Below, piece by piece: positions 48,108 to 57,983 of a DNA stretch of 64,000 bases (the stretch's first letter is position 1; every line of letters starts with the position of its first letter). The stretch covers positions 34,715-98,714 of the forward strand of contig CAYLXA010000011.1 of the NCBI GenBank assembly GCA_964387845.1. The letters are read 5' to 3'. The position numbers were made by a program, and so were the translations under genes. Origin of the DNA: an uncultured bacterium. GTDB lineage: Bacteria > Omnitrophota > Omnitrophia > Omnitrophales > Abzuiibacteriaceae. The notes under the pieces are model-generated. The model was not told the DNA's origin. It searched no databases and was given only the letters and a program-made list of their open reading frames with translations.

Positions 48108-50051
48108 TTGTTCGATTCACTGGCTTATCATACGGTTAAAATTTTCGCGGGGTTTATCCAGCGCATGCCGGTCGGTTTTAATTTTTTTCTGGCCGGTATT
48201 TTGGGGAATCTCGCGTATTTATTGGATAAACGGCGCTACGTGGCTTATGCCAATCTGAAGGCCGCCTTCGGTACCGAATGGACGCCGCGTGAAATCAGGG
48301 CGATTATCCGGAAAAGCTACGTCCATTTTGCGAAAACTATGATGGAAATTCTTTATTTTCCAAAAATGGATAAAGCTTATATCGAAAAATATATTCAAAT
48401 GAATAATCCCGAGTTTTATCAAGAGGGTGTCAGCGGTAAAAAAAGCACTATTTTTATGATGGCACACTTTGGCAATTGGGAGCTTGCGCAAATTTATTCC
48501 GGCATTCTAGACAAACCGCTTCATATTTTTGCGCGTGATCAAAAGCACACCCGCTTGAATGATTTTTTAAATCAACTCCGCGCCGCGCACGGCGCCCAAA
48601 CCATTTCAACCTCACGGGTCCGCGAACTTATGCGGGCCATTCGGGAGAAAAGGGCCATCGGCGCTTTGGGCGATCAGGGCGGCGGGCCGGATGGAGTTAT
48701 CGCGCCGCTTTTTGGGCGCAAAGCCACATTTCCGAGAGGGCTGGTTTCGCTTGCCGCGAGAATGGGAGCATCGATTGTGCCTGCTTTTATGATTCGCCAA
48801 AATGGCCCGTATCAGCTGATCCAGGTTTTTCCGCCGCTTAATTTAATTCAGACAGGCAATCAGGAAAACGATGAAATTAAGAACAATCAGCTCTTTTTAA
48901 ATCACCTGGAAAAAATGGTCCGGCAATATCCGGAACAGTGGTTATGGCAGTATAAATGGTGGAAATTTTCCAGGACCAAGAAAGTTTTGATTTTGGAAGA
49001 TACGAAAGCCGGCCATGCCGCACAGGCGCGCGCGATCGGCCGGGAATTTGAGAGACTGGCCAAAGAATTGCCCGAGGGTTATGAAATCAAAACCGAATAT
49101 GTGAAGGTTGAATTTAAAAACAAACTGGCTTCGATTCTATTTTTTCTCGACTCGTTTTTCTTTTACCCTTTTGCGCAAAGCCGGCTTTGGATTATGAAAT
49201 GGTATTTGAAGCCGTCTTCGTTCGAAAAAATCAAAAATGTGCATGCGGACGCCGTTGTGGCCTGCGGCTCCAAATTAACACCGGTTGCGTTATGGCTTTC
49301 GCGAGAAAATTTGGCCAAAACGGTTATCGTGATGAAACCTTCGTTCCCATACCAATTTGCGCATTTTGACCTTGTGATTTTGCCGAAGCATGACCATGCC
49401 GGGAATTTGAAGTCTCATCATATCCGGACCACGGTTGCGCCGAATCTGTCGGATATCGATCATTTGAATCACCACCGGCAGAAATTGGCGGATGTTTTGC
49501 ATCTCAACGGAAAATCAAGGCTTTCGATTTTTATCGGCGGTGACTCCAAATCATACAAATTGGAGAAGTCAAAGATGGAAAATTGGCTGAATACTTTGGC
49601 CGAGCTCAGCCGGAAAAAACATATGGAGTTTATGATCACAACATCGCGCAGGACAGGCGCCGGCATTGATGCGCTTGTCCGAGAAAAAACGGCGAAAAAT
49701 CCGAATTGTAAGTTGATGGTGATTGCAAACGAGAAAAATATCGAAGGCATTACTTACGGGATGCTCGCTTCTTCCGATGTGGCGGTTGTGACCGAAGACA
49801 GCGTATCGATGATTTCGGAAGCTTTGAGCGCGGGGAAGCGCGTGATTGTGCTCAAGGCCGGAAACGGCCAATTACCGCGTAAACACCGTGAATTTCAGGA
49901 ACTTTTGGCGAGCGAGGGTTTAATCGAAGTGGCAACTGCCGATGATTTTTCTGTTAAATTCGAAACTGCTCAAAAACACGGAGCAAATACAAATTTGATC
50001 GAAGCAGAACGAAAATTAATTCGGGATGAGCTCAGAAAAATTTTAATCTAG
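48108..50051 (+). CDS. fusion protein: N-terminal LpxL/HtrB-family lipid A late acyltransferase (~290 aa) plus a C-terminal ELM1/DUF1022-like domain (~350 aa)
   Basis: TTG start with AAGGAG 9 nt upstream. The N-domain has HFGNWE and a WLWQYKWWK ending typical of Lip_A_acyltrans. The C-domain has IFIGGDSKSYK and ITTSRRT motifs like ELM1-family proteins. Confidence 0.7.
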   Translation: MFDSLAYHTVKIFAGFIQRMPVGFNFFLAGILGNLAYLLDKRRYVAYANLKAAFGTEWTPREIRAIIRKSYVHFAKTMMEILYFPKMDKAYIEKYIQMNNPEFYQEGVSGKKSTIFMMAHFGNWELAQIYSGILDKPLHIFARDQKHTRLNDFLNQLRAAHGAQTISTSRVRELMRAIREKRAIGALGDQGGGPDGVIAPLFGRKATFPRGLVSLAARMGASIVPAFMIRQNGPYQLIQVFPPLNLIQTGNQENDEIKNNQLFLNHLEKMVRQYPEQWLWQYKWWKFSRTKKVLILEDTKAGHAAQARAIGREFERLAKELPEGYEIKTEYVKVEFKNKLASILFFLDSFFFYPFAQSRLWIMKWYLKPSSFEKIKNVHADAVVACGSKLTPVALWLSRENLAKTVIVMKPSFPYQFAHFDLVILPKHDHAGNLKSHHIRTTVAPNLSDIDHLNHHRQKLADVLHLNGKSRLSIFIGGDSKSYKLEKSKMENWLNTLAELSRKKHMEFMITTSRRTGAGIDALVREKTAKNPNCKLMVIANEKNIEGITYGMLASSDVAVVTEDSVSMISEALSAGKRVIVLKAGNGQLPRKHREFQELLASEGLIEVATADDFSVKFETAQKHGANTNLIEAERKLIRDELRKILI

Positions 50052-50061
50052 AGGAAACCTC

Positions 50062-52233
50062 ATGAGAGTACTTCAAGTATTGCCGGAACTGAATGTGGGC
50101 GGGGTTGAACGCGGCGTGATTGACCTTGCGCGCGCCATGAAAAAACACGGCGAAGAAATTCATGTGATGTCGCGGGGTGGTGCGCTTGTCCAGGAACTCG
50201 TGAAGATGGGCGTGCCGCATTATGCGCTGCCGGTTCACGATAAATCAATTTGGTCATTGCGCCTCGTGAAGGAAATCGCAAAAATCATCGAACGTGAGCG
50301 CATCGACATCGTGCATGCCCGAAGCCGCGTGCCGGCTTGGCTTGCATATCTGGCAGCACGCCGCACGAATTGCGATTTTATTACGACCTGCCACGGTTAT
50401 TATTCGAAGCATTTTCTAAGCCGCATCATGGGCTGGGGAAAGCGCGTGATTGTAATCTCGCACAGCATCGGCCGCCGCATGATCGATGATTTTCACGTGC
50501 CGCCCGAGCGGATCCGTCTCATCCACCGCGGCGTAGATTTAACGCAGTACACATTTTCACCCGAAAAATATCTGAAGCCGGCCGGCGAGAAATTCAAAAT
50601 CGTCAACATCGGCCGCATCACGCCCATCAAAGGCCAGAAGGAGTTCATCCAGGCGATTCATCTCCTGAGCAAACAAATTCCGAATGTGGAAGCTTGGATT
50701 GTTGGTTCGGCGGATGACCGGAAAATGGAATATTTCGAAGAGCTGAAACTTTTTGTCGAACGGACCGGCATGACCAAGCACGTAAAATTCTTGGGAACGA
50801 GGCGCGATATTCCGGAGCTTTTGCGCGAGGCCGACCTACTGGTGCTTTCCACGAAAATTCCGGAAGCATTCGGGCGCGTGATCATTGAGGCAGGGGCAGT
50901 CGGGACAGCGGTGTGCGCATCGCGAATCGGCGGCATTCTCGATATCGTTGAAGACGGCAAAAACGGGCTTCTTTTTTATCCGCTTCACATCGAAGAAATG
51001 GTCAAAGCGATGACACAGCTGCTCAAAAACCGGAAGCAATGCTACGACTTCGCGCACAAGCTCCGCGAGAAAGTCGAGCGTGAATTCAGTCTCGAGCAAA
51101 TGGTCGACAAAACACTCGAAGTTTACCGCGAAACCCGTCAGGAGCGCAGGATTTTGATTATTAAACTTGGCGCGGCAGGCGACCTGGTTTTGGCGATACC
51201 AAGTTTCCGCATGCTGAGGAAAAAATTTCCGAATGCGCACATTTCACTTTTGGTTGATTCAAAATTGACCTCGCTCGTAGAAAATTGCCCCTATATTAAT
51301 GAAGTGATCGCTTATGACCGCGGCGAAAAAACAAACCGGCTGCGAAGGCTTCTGAAACTTTCGAAAAGCCTGGCTGAGCGGCGCTTTGATTTGTCGATCG
51401 ACTTACAGAATAACGCCAAAACGCATTTAATCAGCTTCCTGGGCCGTATCCGCAACCGAATCGGGTACTTGAGGGGATGGAGCGGCCATTTGCTCAGCAA
51501 GCCCGTGTTAGAGCCCAAGCAGCTTTTGGCGCCGATTGAACATCAGTTCGAGCTCCTGAAACGTGTCGGAATCACACAGCTCGATACCGAAATGGAATTG
51601 TGGCCGACGGAACAGTCGGAAAAGTTTGCGGAAGAGCAATTGAATACAAACCAGCATTCACATCAGCCGCTTGTCGGCTTTGTGATGGGTTCAAGTCCGG
51701 GTTGGCCCACAAAACGCTGGCCGGTAGAACATTTCCGAGAGCTTGCGGAACGCATTGTGCAGGATTTAGACGGTAGAGTCGTCCTTTTGGGCGCGCCGGG
51801 CGAGGAAGGCCTTGCGGATGTATTTAAAAATCATTCTCTGGGCACAGACCGCCTCATTAATTTGATCGGAAAAACCACTTTTTCGGATATGGCAAGCGTG
51901 ATCAAGAGGTCGAATGTATTGGTATCCGGCGATAGCGCACCCATTCACATTGCGGCTGCTACGAAAACAAAACTCGTCGCCTTTTTTGGGCCCACGGAGC
52001 CTAAGCGCCATTTGCCGCCCGGTGCCGATCACGCGGTTTTGGTGCGGCGGATTCCGTGCCAGCCGTGTTACTCGGGCCATTGTAAAAACCCGGATACGTT
52101 GGAATGCCTCAAAAAAATAAAAGTAAACGAAGTATTTGAGCAAGTGAAATATCAGCTTGCATCCGCACAAAAGAGCCGCGCGAAGCATGACGCTTCGGAA
52201 GATAAGGTCGGCACGCCGGCGGAATCCGTTTAG
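50062..52233 (+). CDS. fusion protein: N-terminal GT4-family glycosyltransferase (RfaG-like) plus C-terminal GT9 heptosyltransferase domain
   Basis: The N-domain has the EX7E motif (EAFGRVIIEAGAVGT). The C-domain starts RILIIKLGAAGDLVLAIPSF and ends with the Cys-rich CQPCYSGHC segment. Confidence 0.75.
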   Translation: MRVLQVLPELNVGGVERGVIDLARAMKKHGEEIHVMSRGGALVQELVKMGVPHYALPVHDKSIWSLRLVKEIAKIIERERIDIVHARSRVPAWLAYLAARRTNCDFITTCHGYYSKHFLSRIMGWGKRVIVISHSIGRRMIDDFHVPPERIRLIHRGVDLTQYTFSPEKYLKPAGEKFKIVNIGRITPIKGQKEFIQAIHLLSKQIPNVEAWIVGSADDRKMEYFEELKLFVERTGMTKHVKFLGTRRDIPELLREADLLVLSTKIPEAFGRVIIEAGAVGTAVCASRIGGILDIVEDGKNGLLFYPLHIEEMVKAMTQLLKNRKQCYDFAHKLREKVEREFSLEQMVDKTLEVYRETRQERRILIIKLGAAGDLVLAIPSFRMLRKKFPNAHISLLVDSKLTSLVENCPYINEVIAYDRGEKTNRLRRLLKLSKSLAERRFDLSIDLQNNAKTHLISFLGRIRNRIGYLRGWSGHLLSKPVLEPKQLLAPIEHQFELLKRVGITQLDTEMELWPTEQSEKFAEEQLNTNQHSHQPLVGFVMGSSPGWPTKRWPVEHFRELAERIVQDLDGRVVLLGAPGEEGLADVFKNHSLGTDRLINLIGKTTFSDMASVIKRSNVLVSGDSAPIHIAAATKTKLVAFFGPTEPKRHLPPGADHAVLVRRIPCQPCYSGHCKNPDTLECLKKIKVNEVFEQVKYQLASAQKSRAKHDASEDKVGTPAESV

Positions 52234-52235
52234 CA

Positions 52236-53249
52236 ATGGTCATTATTTGCGTCCTCAAGAATTGGCTCGGCGATGTGATTTTCACATCGCCTGCGCTCCG
52301 GACGATCCGGATGAATTATCCGGCCGCACAGATTATTTGTCTGGCGCCCAAACGCTGCTCGGATATTTTGCGGGCAAACCCCAATGTGGACGAAGTCATT
52401 TCATTTGACGAACGTAGCGAACAAAAAAGTTTATCGGAAAAATGGAAGCTGATTTTAAAGCTGAGGCGGTTTAAGCCGGATCAAGTTTATTTGTTTCACA
52501 GGTCGCTCACGCGCGCATTTTTGATGTTCCTGACCGGCGCTAAGGAGCGGATCGGGTATGCCGGCAAGCGCGGTTTTCTATTAACAAAAGCAGTTGCCGA
52601 GCCCAAAGAAAGAATGCACGCGGTTGATTATAATTTAGAGCTTTTGCGAAGAGCCGGATTTCAAGTCACGGGAGATGCTCTCTATGAATTCCGCTTTGAC
52701 AAGAAAGATTTGGAAAACGCGAAAAGAATCATTACGGAAGCGGAATTGGGCCATGAACGGATTATCGCGATTCACCCGGGCGCCAATTGGCCGCCCAAAC
52801 GCTGGCCAATCGAGCATTTCCGCGCGTTGTCACTTGAGCTGACGCGCCGTTACCGGGTGTCGGTTGTGATTACGGGCGGCGCCGATGACCGCGAAGCGGC
52901 CGAGAAAATTGCGGCTGATGCCAGTCATCCGAACATTCGGTCACTTGCCGGAAAAACAAGCTTAAAAGAGCTCGGCGCATTATTTTCACTTTGCACGCTT
53001 ATGATTTCTTCCGATTCGGGGCCGCTTCATATCGCAGGCGGCGTCGGTACAAACGTGCTCGGCATTTTCGGGCCTACGAATCCTGCGCTCACCGGCCCTC
53101 GGGGCAGGGGTAAAAATGTGGTCATTCATTATGTGCCGAAAGGAATGAAATCGCCTTGGTTTGGTGACGAATTTCCTCAGTCCGGCTGGATGGAATTAAT
53201 TACGGTCAATGAAGTTTTACAGACTATCGAACGGGAAAGGCTTTTGTAG
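52236..53249 (+). CDS. GT9 family ADP-heptose:LPS heptosyltransferase
   Basis: VLKNWLGDVIFTSPALRTI start and the C-terminal GPLHIAGGVGT motif. Confidence 0.8.
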   Translation: MVIICVLKNWLGDVIFTSPALRTIRMNYPAAQIICLAPKRCSDILRANPNVDEVISFDERSEQKSLSEKWKLILKLRRFKPDQVYLFHRSLTRAFLMFLTGAKERIGYAGKRGFLLTKAVAEPKERMHAVDYNLELLRRAGFQVTGDALYEFRFDKKDLENAKRIITEAELGHERIIAIHPGANWPPKRWPIEHFRALSLELTRRYRVSVVITGGADDREAAEKIAADASHPNIRSLAGKTSLKELGALFSLCTLMISSDSGPLHIAGGVGTNVLGIFGPTNPALTGPRGRGKNVVIHYVPKGMKSPWFGDEFPQSGWMELITVNEVLQTIERERLL

Positions 53250-53250
53250 G

Positions 53251-54183
53251 ATGGATCTTTCAAAGGTTGAAAAAATCTTGGTCGTGACGCTGAGTAATTT
53301 GGGCGATATTGTGCTCACGACACCGGTGATGGCAGCGCTGCGCGACCGATTTCCAAAAGCATTTATGACAGTTATTGTCGGGCCAAAAGGCAAAGACCTT
53401 TTAGCCAACAGCGCGACGATCAACGAAATTTTGATTTATGATAAAACGAAGCCGCTTTTCGAAAGGGCGAAATGGGTCTTGGAACTTCGGAAACGGAAGT
53501 TCGATCTTGCCGTCGACCTTCGCAATACAGCAATCCCACTGCTTGTCGGCGCACGATATTTTAACAGCATCTTTTTTGATCATCGCGAAAAGCGAGCCCG
53601 GAAAAAGCATTTAAGCCGGATTCAATTTTTGGGGATCGGAGAGCCGAAGAGCCGGTTTCAATTTTTTACGCCGGATGAAGAAAAATCGGCGCTTGCGAAA
53701 TTGAGAAAAGCCGGTGTGTTCAATGAATCTTGGATTGCGATTGTGCCGGGCGCGGCCAACCATTTGAAGCGCTGGCCGTATGAGCGTTATGCTGAAATAG
53801 CAGCTCACTTTAAACAGAAAGGATTTCAAACGGTTATTGTGGGAAGCGGCGCCGAACGTGCGATGGGCGACCTGGTTGCTAAGTGCAATCCGGGCATTGG
53901 CATTATCAATGCCTGCGGTTCATTTGAGATCCGCGAGGTGGCAGCTGTTCTGAGTCATTCGAAATTGATTGTATGCAACGACAGCGGCCTGATGCATTTG
54001 GCAAATGAGCTTGATATTCCTGTGGTTGCTATTTTTGGGCCCACGAATCATTTGCAATACGGTAAGTTTGGCCCTAAAAACCGGGTGGTTCACGGCGACG
54101 GCAGCCAGTTTTCTATTCATCAAATCAAAACTCCGGATGTTGTCCGCGCGTGTGAGGAATTATTAAATGGCGCCCAACATTAA
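53251..54183 (+). CDS. GT9 family heptosyltransferase
   Basis: ILVVTLSNLGDIVLTTPV start and GLMHLANELDIPVVAIFGPT motif. Confidence 0.8.
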   Translation: MDLSKVEKILVVTLSNLGDIVLTTPVMAALRDRFPKAFMTVIVGPKGKDLLANSATINEILIYDKTKPLFERAKWVLELRKRKFDLAVDLRNTAIPLLVGARYFNSIFFDHREKRARKKHLSRIQFLGIGEPKSRFQFFTPDEEKSALAKLRKAGVFNESWIAIVPGAANHLKRWPYERYAEIAAHFKQKGFQTVIVGSGAERAMGDLVAKCNPGIGIINACGSFEIREVAAVLSHSKLIVCNDSGLMHLANELDIPVVAIFGPTNHLQYGKFGPKNRVVHGDGSQFSIHQIKTPDVVRACEELLNGAQH

Positions 54184-55231
54184 CCCGGGAAAAATCAAAC
54201 GCATTTTGCTGGTTCGTACAGACCGCATTGGTGATGTGGTGGTCACAACGCCGGTTTTTCGTGCCGTTAAGGAACAATTTCCAGCCGCACATCTTGCCAT
54301 TCTCGTCGACAAAGCGCTTCGCGATTTGGTGGAAGGACATCCGGATTTAGATGAAGTTATTTTGTATGATAAAAAAGGAAGCGAAAAAAGTTTGCTGGGA
54401 GCTTTCCGCTTTGCTCGTACTTTAAAACAAAAAAAGTTTGACGCTGCCATTCATTTTCATCCGCGCGCCCGCGCATACTGGACAAGTTTTCTGGCCGGCA
54501 TTCCGGTTCGAATCGGATACAAAAGAAAGAACCATTGGCTGCTTACGCATTCGATCAAAGACAATAAGGGCGAAGGGAGAAAGCATGAAGCGGAGTATGT
54601 TTTTGATTTGCTGGCACTTTTAGGAATCAAGCGCCCCCAAAAACTGATTGCTAGCATACCGCTTCAGGAAAAGAGCCAGGAAAGTGCAGAGCGGCGCTTG
54701 AGCGGCATCGGCCGGTTTTTTGCAGTCCACCCGAGCGCCAGTTCGCCGTCTAAAATTTGGCCGGCTTCGTATTTTGCGGAAGTCGCGGATTTTTTAGCGC
54801 AAAAATTTCAGCTGACACCGGTTTTAATCGGCGGAGCTTCGGATTCGAAGCAGGGCAAAACCGTTTTCAGTTTGATTAAATCAAAATCGATTAACTTGTG
54901 CGGCCAATTAAGCTTGGGTGAATTGGCCTGGGTGCTCAAAAAATCCGAATTGGTGATTTCGAATGACTCCGGGCCAGCACATATCGCTTCTGCGGTCGGA
55001 GCGCCCGTCATTTCCATTTTCGGCCGAAGTTTGGCCGGCCTCGGGCCTGTGCGCTGGCATCCGCTCAATGAAAAGAGCTGGTATCTGCAGAAAGACGTGG
55101 GCTGTGCGGTTTGCCTTGCGGATTTATGCCAGATTGAGTTTAAATGCCTGACCGAATTAAAGCCTGCGGATGTGATTCAATTGATCGAAGAAAAACAAAG
55201 CGAGATTTTTCAGCATGCAAAAGCCCGTTAA
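54167..55231 (+). CDS. GT9 family heptosyltransferase
   Basis: ILLVRTDRIGDVVVTTPV start and GPAHIASAVGAPVISIFG motif. Confidence 0.8.
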   Translation: MAPNINPGKIKRILLVRTDRIGDVVVTTPVFRAVKEQFPAAHLAILVDKALRDLVEGHPDLDEVILYDKKGSEKSLLGAFRFARTLKQKKFDAAIHFHPRARAYWTSFLAGIPVRIGYKRKNHWLLTHSIKDNKGEGRKHEAEYVFDLLALLGIKRPQKLIASIPLQEKSQESAERRLSGIGRFFAVHPSASSPSKIWPASYFAEVADFLAQKFQLTPVLIGGASDSKQGKTVFSLIKSKSINLCGQLSLGELAWVLKKSELVISNDSGPAHIASAVGAPVISIFGRSLAGLGPVRWHPLNEKSWYLQKDVGCAVCLADLCQIEFKCLTELKPADVIQLIEEKQSEIFQHAKAR

Positions 55232-56366
55232 ACGAGTGCTTCTCATTCATCCTTTCGGAATCGGCGATGCGCTTTTCATGACGCCCGTGATTGATGCGTT
55301 GAAGCAAGCCGGTGCCGAAAAAATCGATTTGCTTTTGGGCAGCCGGACAAAAGCCGTTTTTGAGCATAACCCGTCCGTTGATGAAATTTTCGTTGTTGAC
55401 CGAGACAAGATCCGGAGCCAGTCAACATTCCGTAATATTTTGGAAACAGCGAAACTGGTTCTTAAACTCCGGAAAAACCGGTATGACCATCTGTTTGATT
55501 TCTCTTTGGCGCGGCAATACGCATTTTTTGCTTTTTTATTTCTCAACATTCCGAAACGCATCGGATTTCATTATAAAAGGCGCGGCATTTTCCTGACACA
55601 CAGGATGGTTCTCGAGAAAAGTTTTTCCGGCAAGCACGTGATTGAATATTATTTAGAACTTTTGAAATTCGTCTCTATCCGGCCGTCTACGCGCTCGATC
55701 CAACTGTCCATCACAAAAGAAAATGAAGACGAAGCAGAGGGTGTTCTACGCAAAGAAAACGTTCCGCCATTTTTTGCCGTTGCGGTCCCGGGCGGCGGCG
55801 AATCCTGGGGGAAAGATGCCCGGCTTAAGCGGTGGCCGACGGCGCATTTTGCGAAATTGTTTGAACTTATCGACAAAGACAAAAGTTTAGGATCGGCGCC
55901 TTTCAAAGTTGTTATTTTGGGCGGCAAAAGTGAATCGGAGCTTGCCGAATCTCTAAAAGCTTTGAACCCCGGCCGCTTTATTAATTTAGCGGGGAAGCTG
56001 CCGCTTCTTGCTTCGGCGGCGGTTTTAAAACGCGCACGGCTTCTTGTGGCCAACGACGGCGGTTTGGTGCATGTCGCAGCGGCCGTTGGGACGCCCACGA
56101 TTGCTTTATTCGGGCCGGTTGACCCGAAAGTTTACGGCCCGTATCCGCTTCACCCGGCGCGTATCGCAGTCACAAACGACGGACCGGAATGCCGTCCGTG
56201 TTATCAAAATATGCGTTATAATAGCGCCTGTGAACATGTGGAATGTTTAACCGGACTTTCGCCGGACGGTATTTTTTACCGGCTCAGTGAGTCCGGATTT
56301 TTTGAACGAATTCAAAAAGCGCCGGTTTCTGCGGCAGCCGATACTCATTTATATGAAAATCAATAA
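55215..56366 (+). CDS. GT9 family heptosyltransferase
   Basis: VLLIHPFGIGDALFMTPV start and GLVHVAAAVGTPTIALFGP motif. Cys-rich ECRPCYQ segment. Confidence 0.8.
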   Translation: MQKPVKRVLLIHPFGIGDALFMTPVIDALKQAGAEKIDLLLGSRTKAVFEHNPSVDEIFVVDRDKIRSQSTFRNILETAKLVLKLRKNRYDHLFDFSLARQYAFFAFLFLNIPKRIGFHYKRRGIFLTHRMVLEKSFSGKHVIEYYLELLKFVSIRPSTRSIQLSITKENEDEAEGVLRKENVPPFFAVAVPGGGESWGKDARLKRWPTAHFAKLFELIDKDKSLGSAPFKVVILGGKSESELAESLKALNPGRFINLAGKLPLLASAAVLKRARLLVANDGGLVHVAAAVGTPTIALFGPVDPKVYGPYPLHPARIAVTNDGPECRPCYQNMRYNSACEHVECLTGLSPDGIFYRLSESGFFERIQKAPVSAAADTHLYENQ

Positions 56367-57159
56367 GATTTGGTGGCTTATTATTTTGTCATTGGCGCTC
56401 AGCGCATGCGCCCATAGACCGCGCGCCGTTCAATTTCCGAGTAAAATTGAAAAGCCGAAATTTACGATCCCGCTCGGTGAAAAAATCAACTACAGTATCC
56501 GCTGGCTCGGCTTTGAAGTGGGCACCGCGCAAACGGAAGTGAAGGAAATTGTGCAGATTAACGGCCGCGATGCTTACCACGTCGAAGTGAAAGTACGCTC
56601 GAATCGGCTGATCAGCTTGATTTATCCGGTCCGCGACGAACACCATAGTTACATTGATGTCGAACATCTTTACTCGCTTCGCTATGAGAAAAAGTTGAAA
56701 GAGGGAACCTACGAAGCAGATGATTTAATCGAATATGACCAAATTAATCACAAGGCGCGTTACGAGTCGCGCAGAAACGGGACGATCAAAGAAATGCTGA
56801 TTCCAAAAGACGTTCAGGACCAGCTTTCGTGCACATATTGGTTCCGCATGCAGGAAATGAAGCCCGGCGACCGGCTCCAAATTCCGGTCAATGTCGACGA
56901 GAAAAACTGGAATTTGGAAGTTCAAGTGCAGGCATGGGAAGAGCTGGAAGTCGACGGTTTTGGCCGGGTAATTGCAATCCGCGCAGAACCTTTGGCTCGG
57001 TTTCACGGCTTGTTTGTCCGGAAAGGGCGCGCCTGGGGCTGGATGGGAACGGACCATAGGCGCATTCCGCTTTTAATGAAAACCGAAATTCCGATTTTAG
57101 GTTCGATTGAAATGGTAATTACGGAATACAAGTACGGCGATGACCACATCAAAGCATAA
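56353..57159 (+). CDS. DUF3108-family lipoprotein
   Basis: Start at the ATG that yields the lipoprotein signal MKINKIWWLIILSLALSAC, with lipobox LSAC. Beta-rich body. Confidence 0.65.
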   Translation: MKINKIWWLIILSLALSACAHRPRAVQFPSKIEKPKFTIPLGEKINYSIRWLGFEVGTAQTEVKEIVQINGRDAYHVEVKVRSNRLISLIYPVRDEHHSYIDVEHLYSLRYEKKLKEGTYEADDLIEYDQINHKARYESRRNGTIKEMLIPKDVQDQLSCTYWFRMQEMKPGDRLQIPVNVDEKNWNLEVQVQAWEELEVDGFGRVIAIRAEPLARFHGLFVRKGRAWGWMGTDHRRIPLLMKTEIPILGSIEMVITEYKYGDDHIKA

Positions 57160-57979
57160 AAAGAAACATCAGAAACTCATCAAGAAGCGCGGCCGCCGCC
57201 GTTTTCGCGCGCAGGTTTTGCTGTGGATCGCGGCGTTTTTGGCCGCATTTTATCTTTTCACATTCCGCGAAATTCCGGTCTTGATGTATCACTTTATCGG
57301 GACCGAAGCCGAAGCGCGCGAGAACTCTTTGATTGTTTCCGCCAAAACGTTTGACCAGCAGCTTTCTTGGCTTCGTCAATGGGGTTATCGGATTTACTCG
57401 TTGGAGGAATATGAGGCGCTCAGGGCTCACCGTTCGTTTTCTTTCGAAAAGGGTGTTGTGATTACGTTTGATGACGGCAATATCGGATTCTTGACGAATG
57501 CGCTGCCGATTCTCGAGAAATACCAAGCGCCTGCAGCCAATTTCATGGTGACTGATAGCATGCGCAAAAAAACAAACGGCAGCGTGTCGGTGGAAGATGC
57601 GCGCAAACTTGCCGAAAATCCGCTGATTACGCTAGGGTCCCACACCGTTCATCACGTCGGTTTGATGGACCAATCAGAGCTTGCGCTTCGGAAAGAAATA
57701 GCGGGTTCACGGCGCGAACTTTCGAAAATGCTCGGCAAAGACATTGCCTATTTTGCGTACCCGGGCGGATTTTTTGACGAAGAAGCGCTTGAGATGGTCA
57801 AATCGGCCGGTTATCGGCTGGCATTTACGACTTCGTGGAAGCGTTTGAAAGGCGACCAGGAAAATGCGTATTCAATCGTGCGCGTGAAGGTAACCGAAAA
57901 AGACAGAAATCCGGCCAACTTTTGGTACAAAATATCCGGCTTTTACACGCTCTTGAAACGGCTGCAGAACGCATTTTAG
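57140..57979 (+). CDS. polysaccharide deacetylase (CE4 / NodB homology domain) with an N-terminal membrane anchor
   Basis: VITFDDGN (Asp-Asp metal motif) and the LGSHTVHH His motif. N-terminal TM segment. Confidence 0.75.
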   Translation: MTTSKHKKKHQKLIKKRGRRRFRAQVLLWIAAFLAAFYLFTFREIPVLMYHFIGTEAEARENSLIVSAKTFDQQLSWLRQWGYRIYSLEEYEALRAHRSFSFEKGVVITFDDGNIGFLTNALPILEKYQAPAANFMVTDSMRKKTNGSVSVEDARKLAENPLITLGSHTVHHVGLMDQSELALRKEIAGSRRELSKMLGKDIAYFAYPGGFFDEEALEMVKSAGYRLAFTTSWKRLKGDQENAYSIVRVKVTEKDRNPANFWYKISGFYTLLKRLQNAF

Positions 57980-57983
57980 TTTT

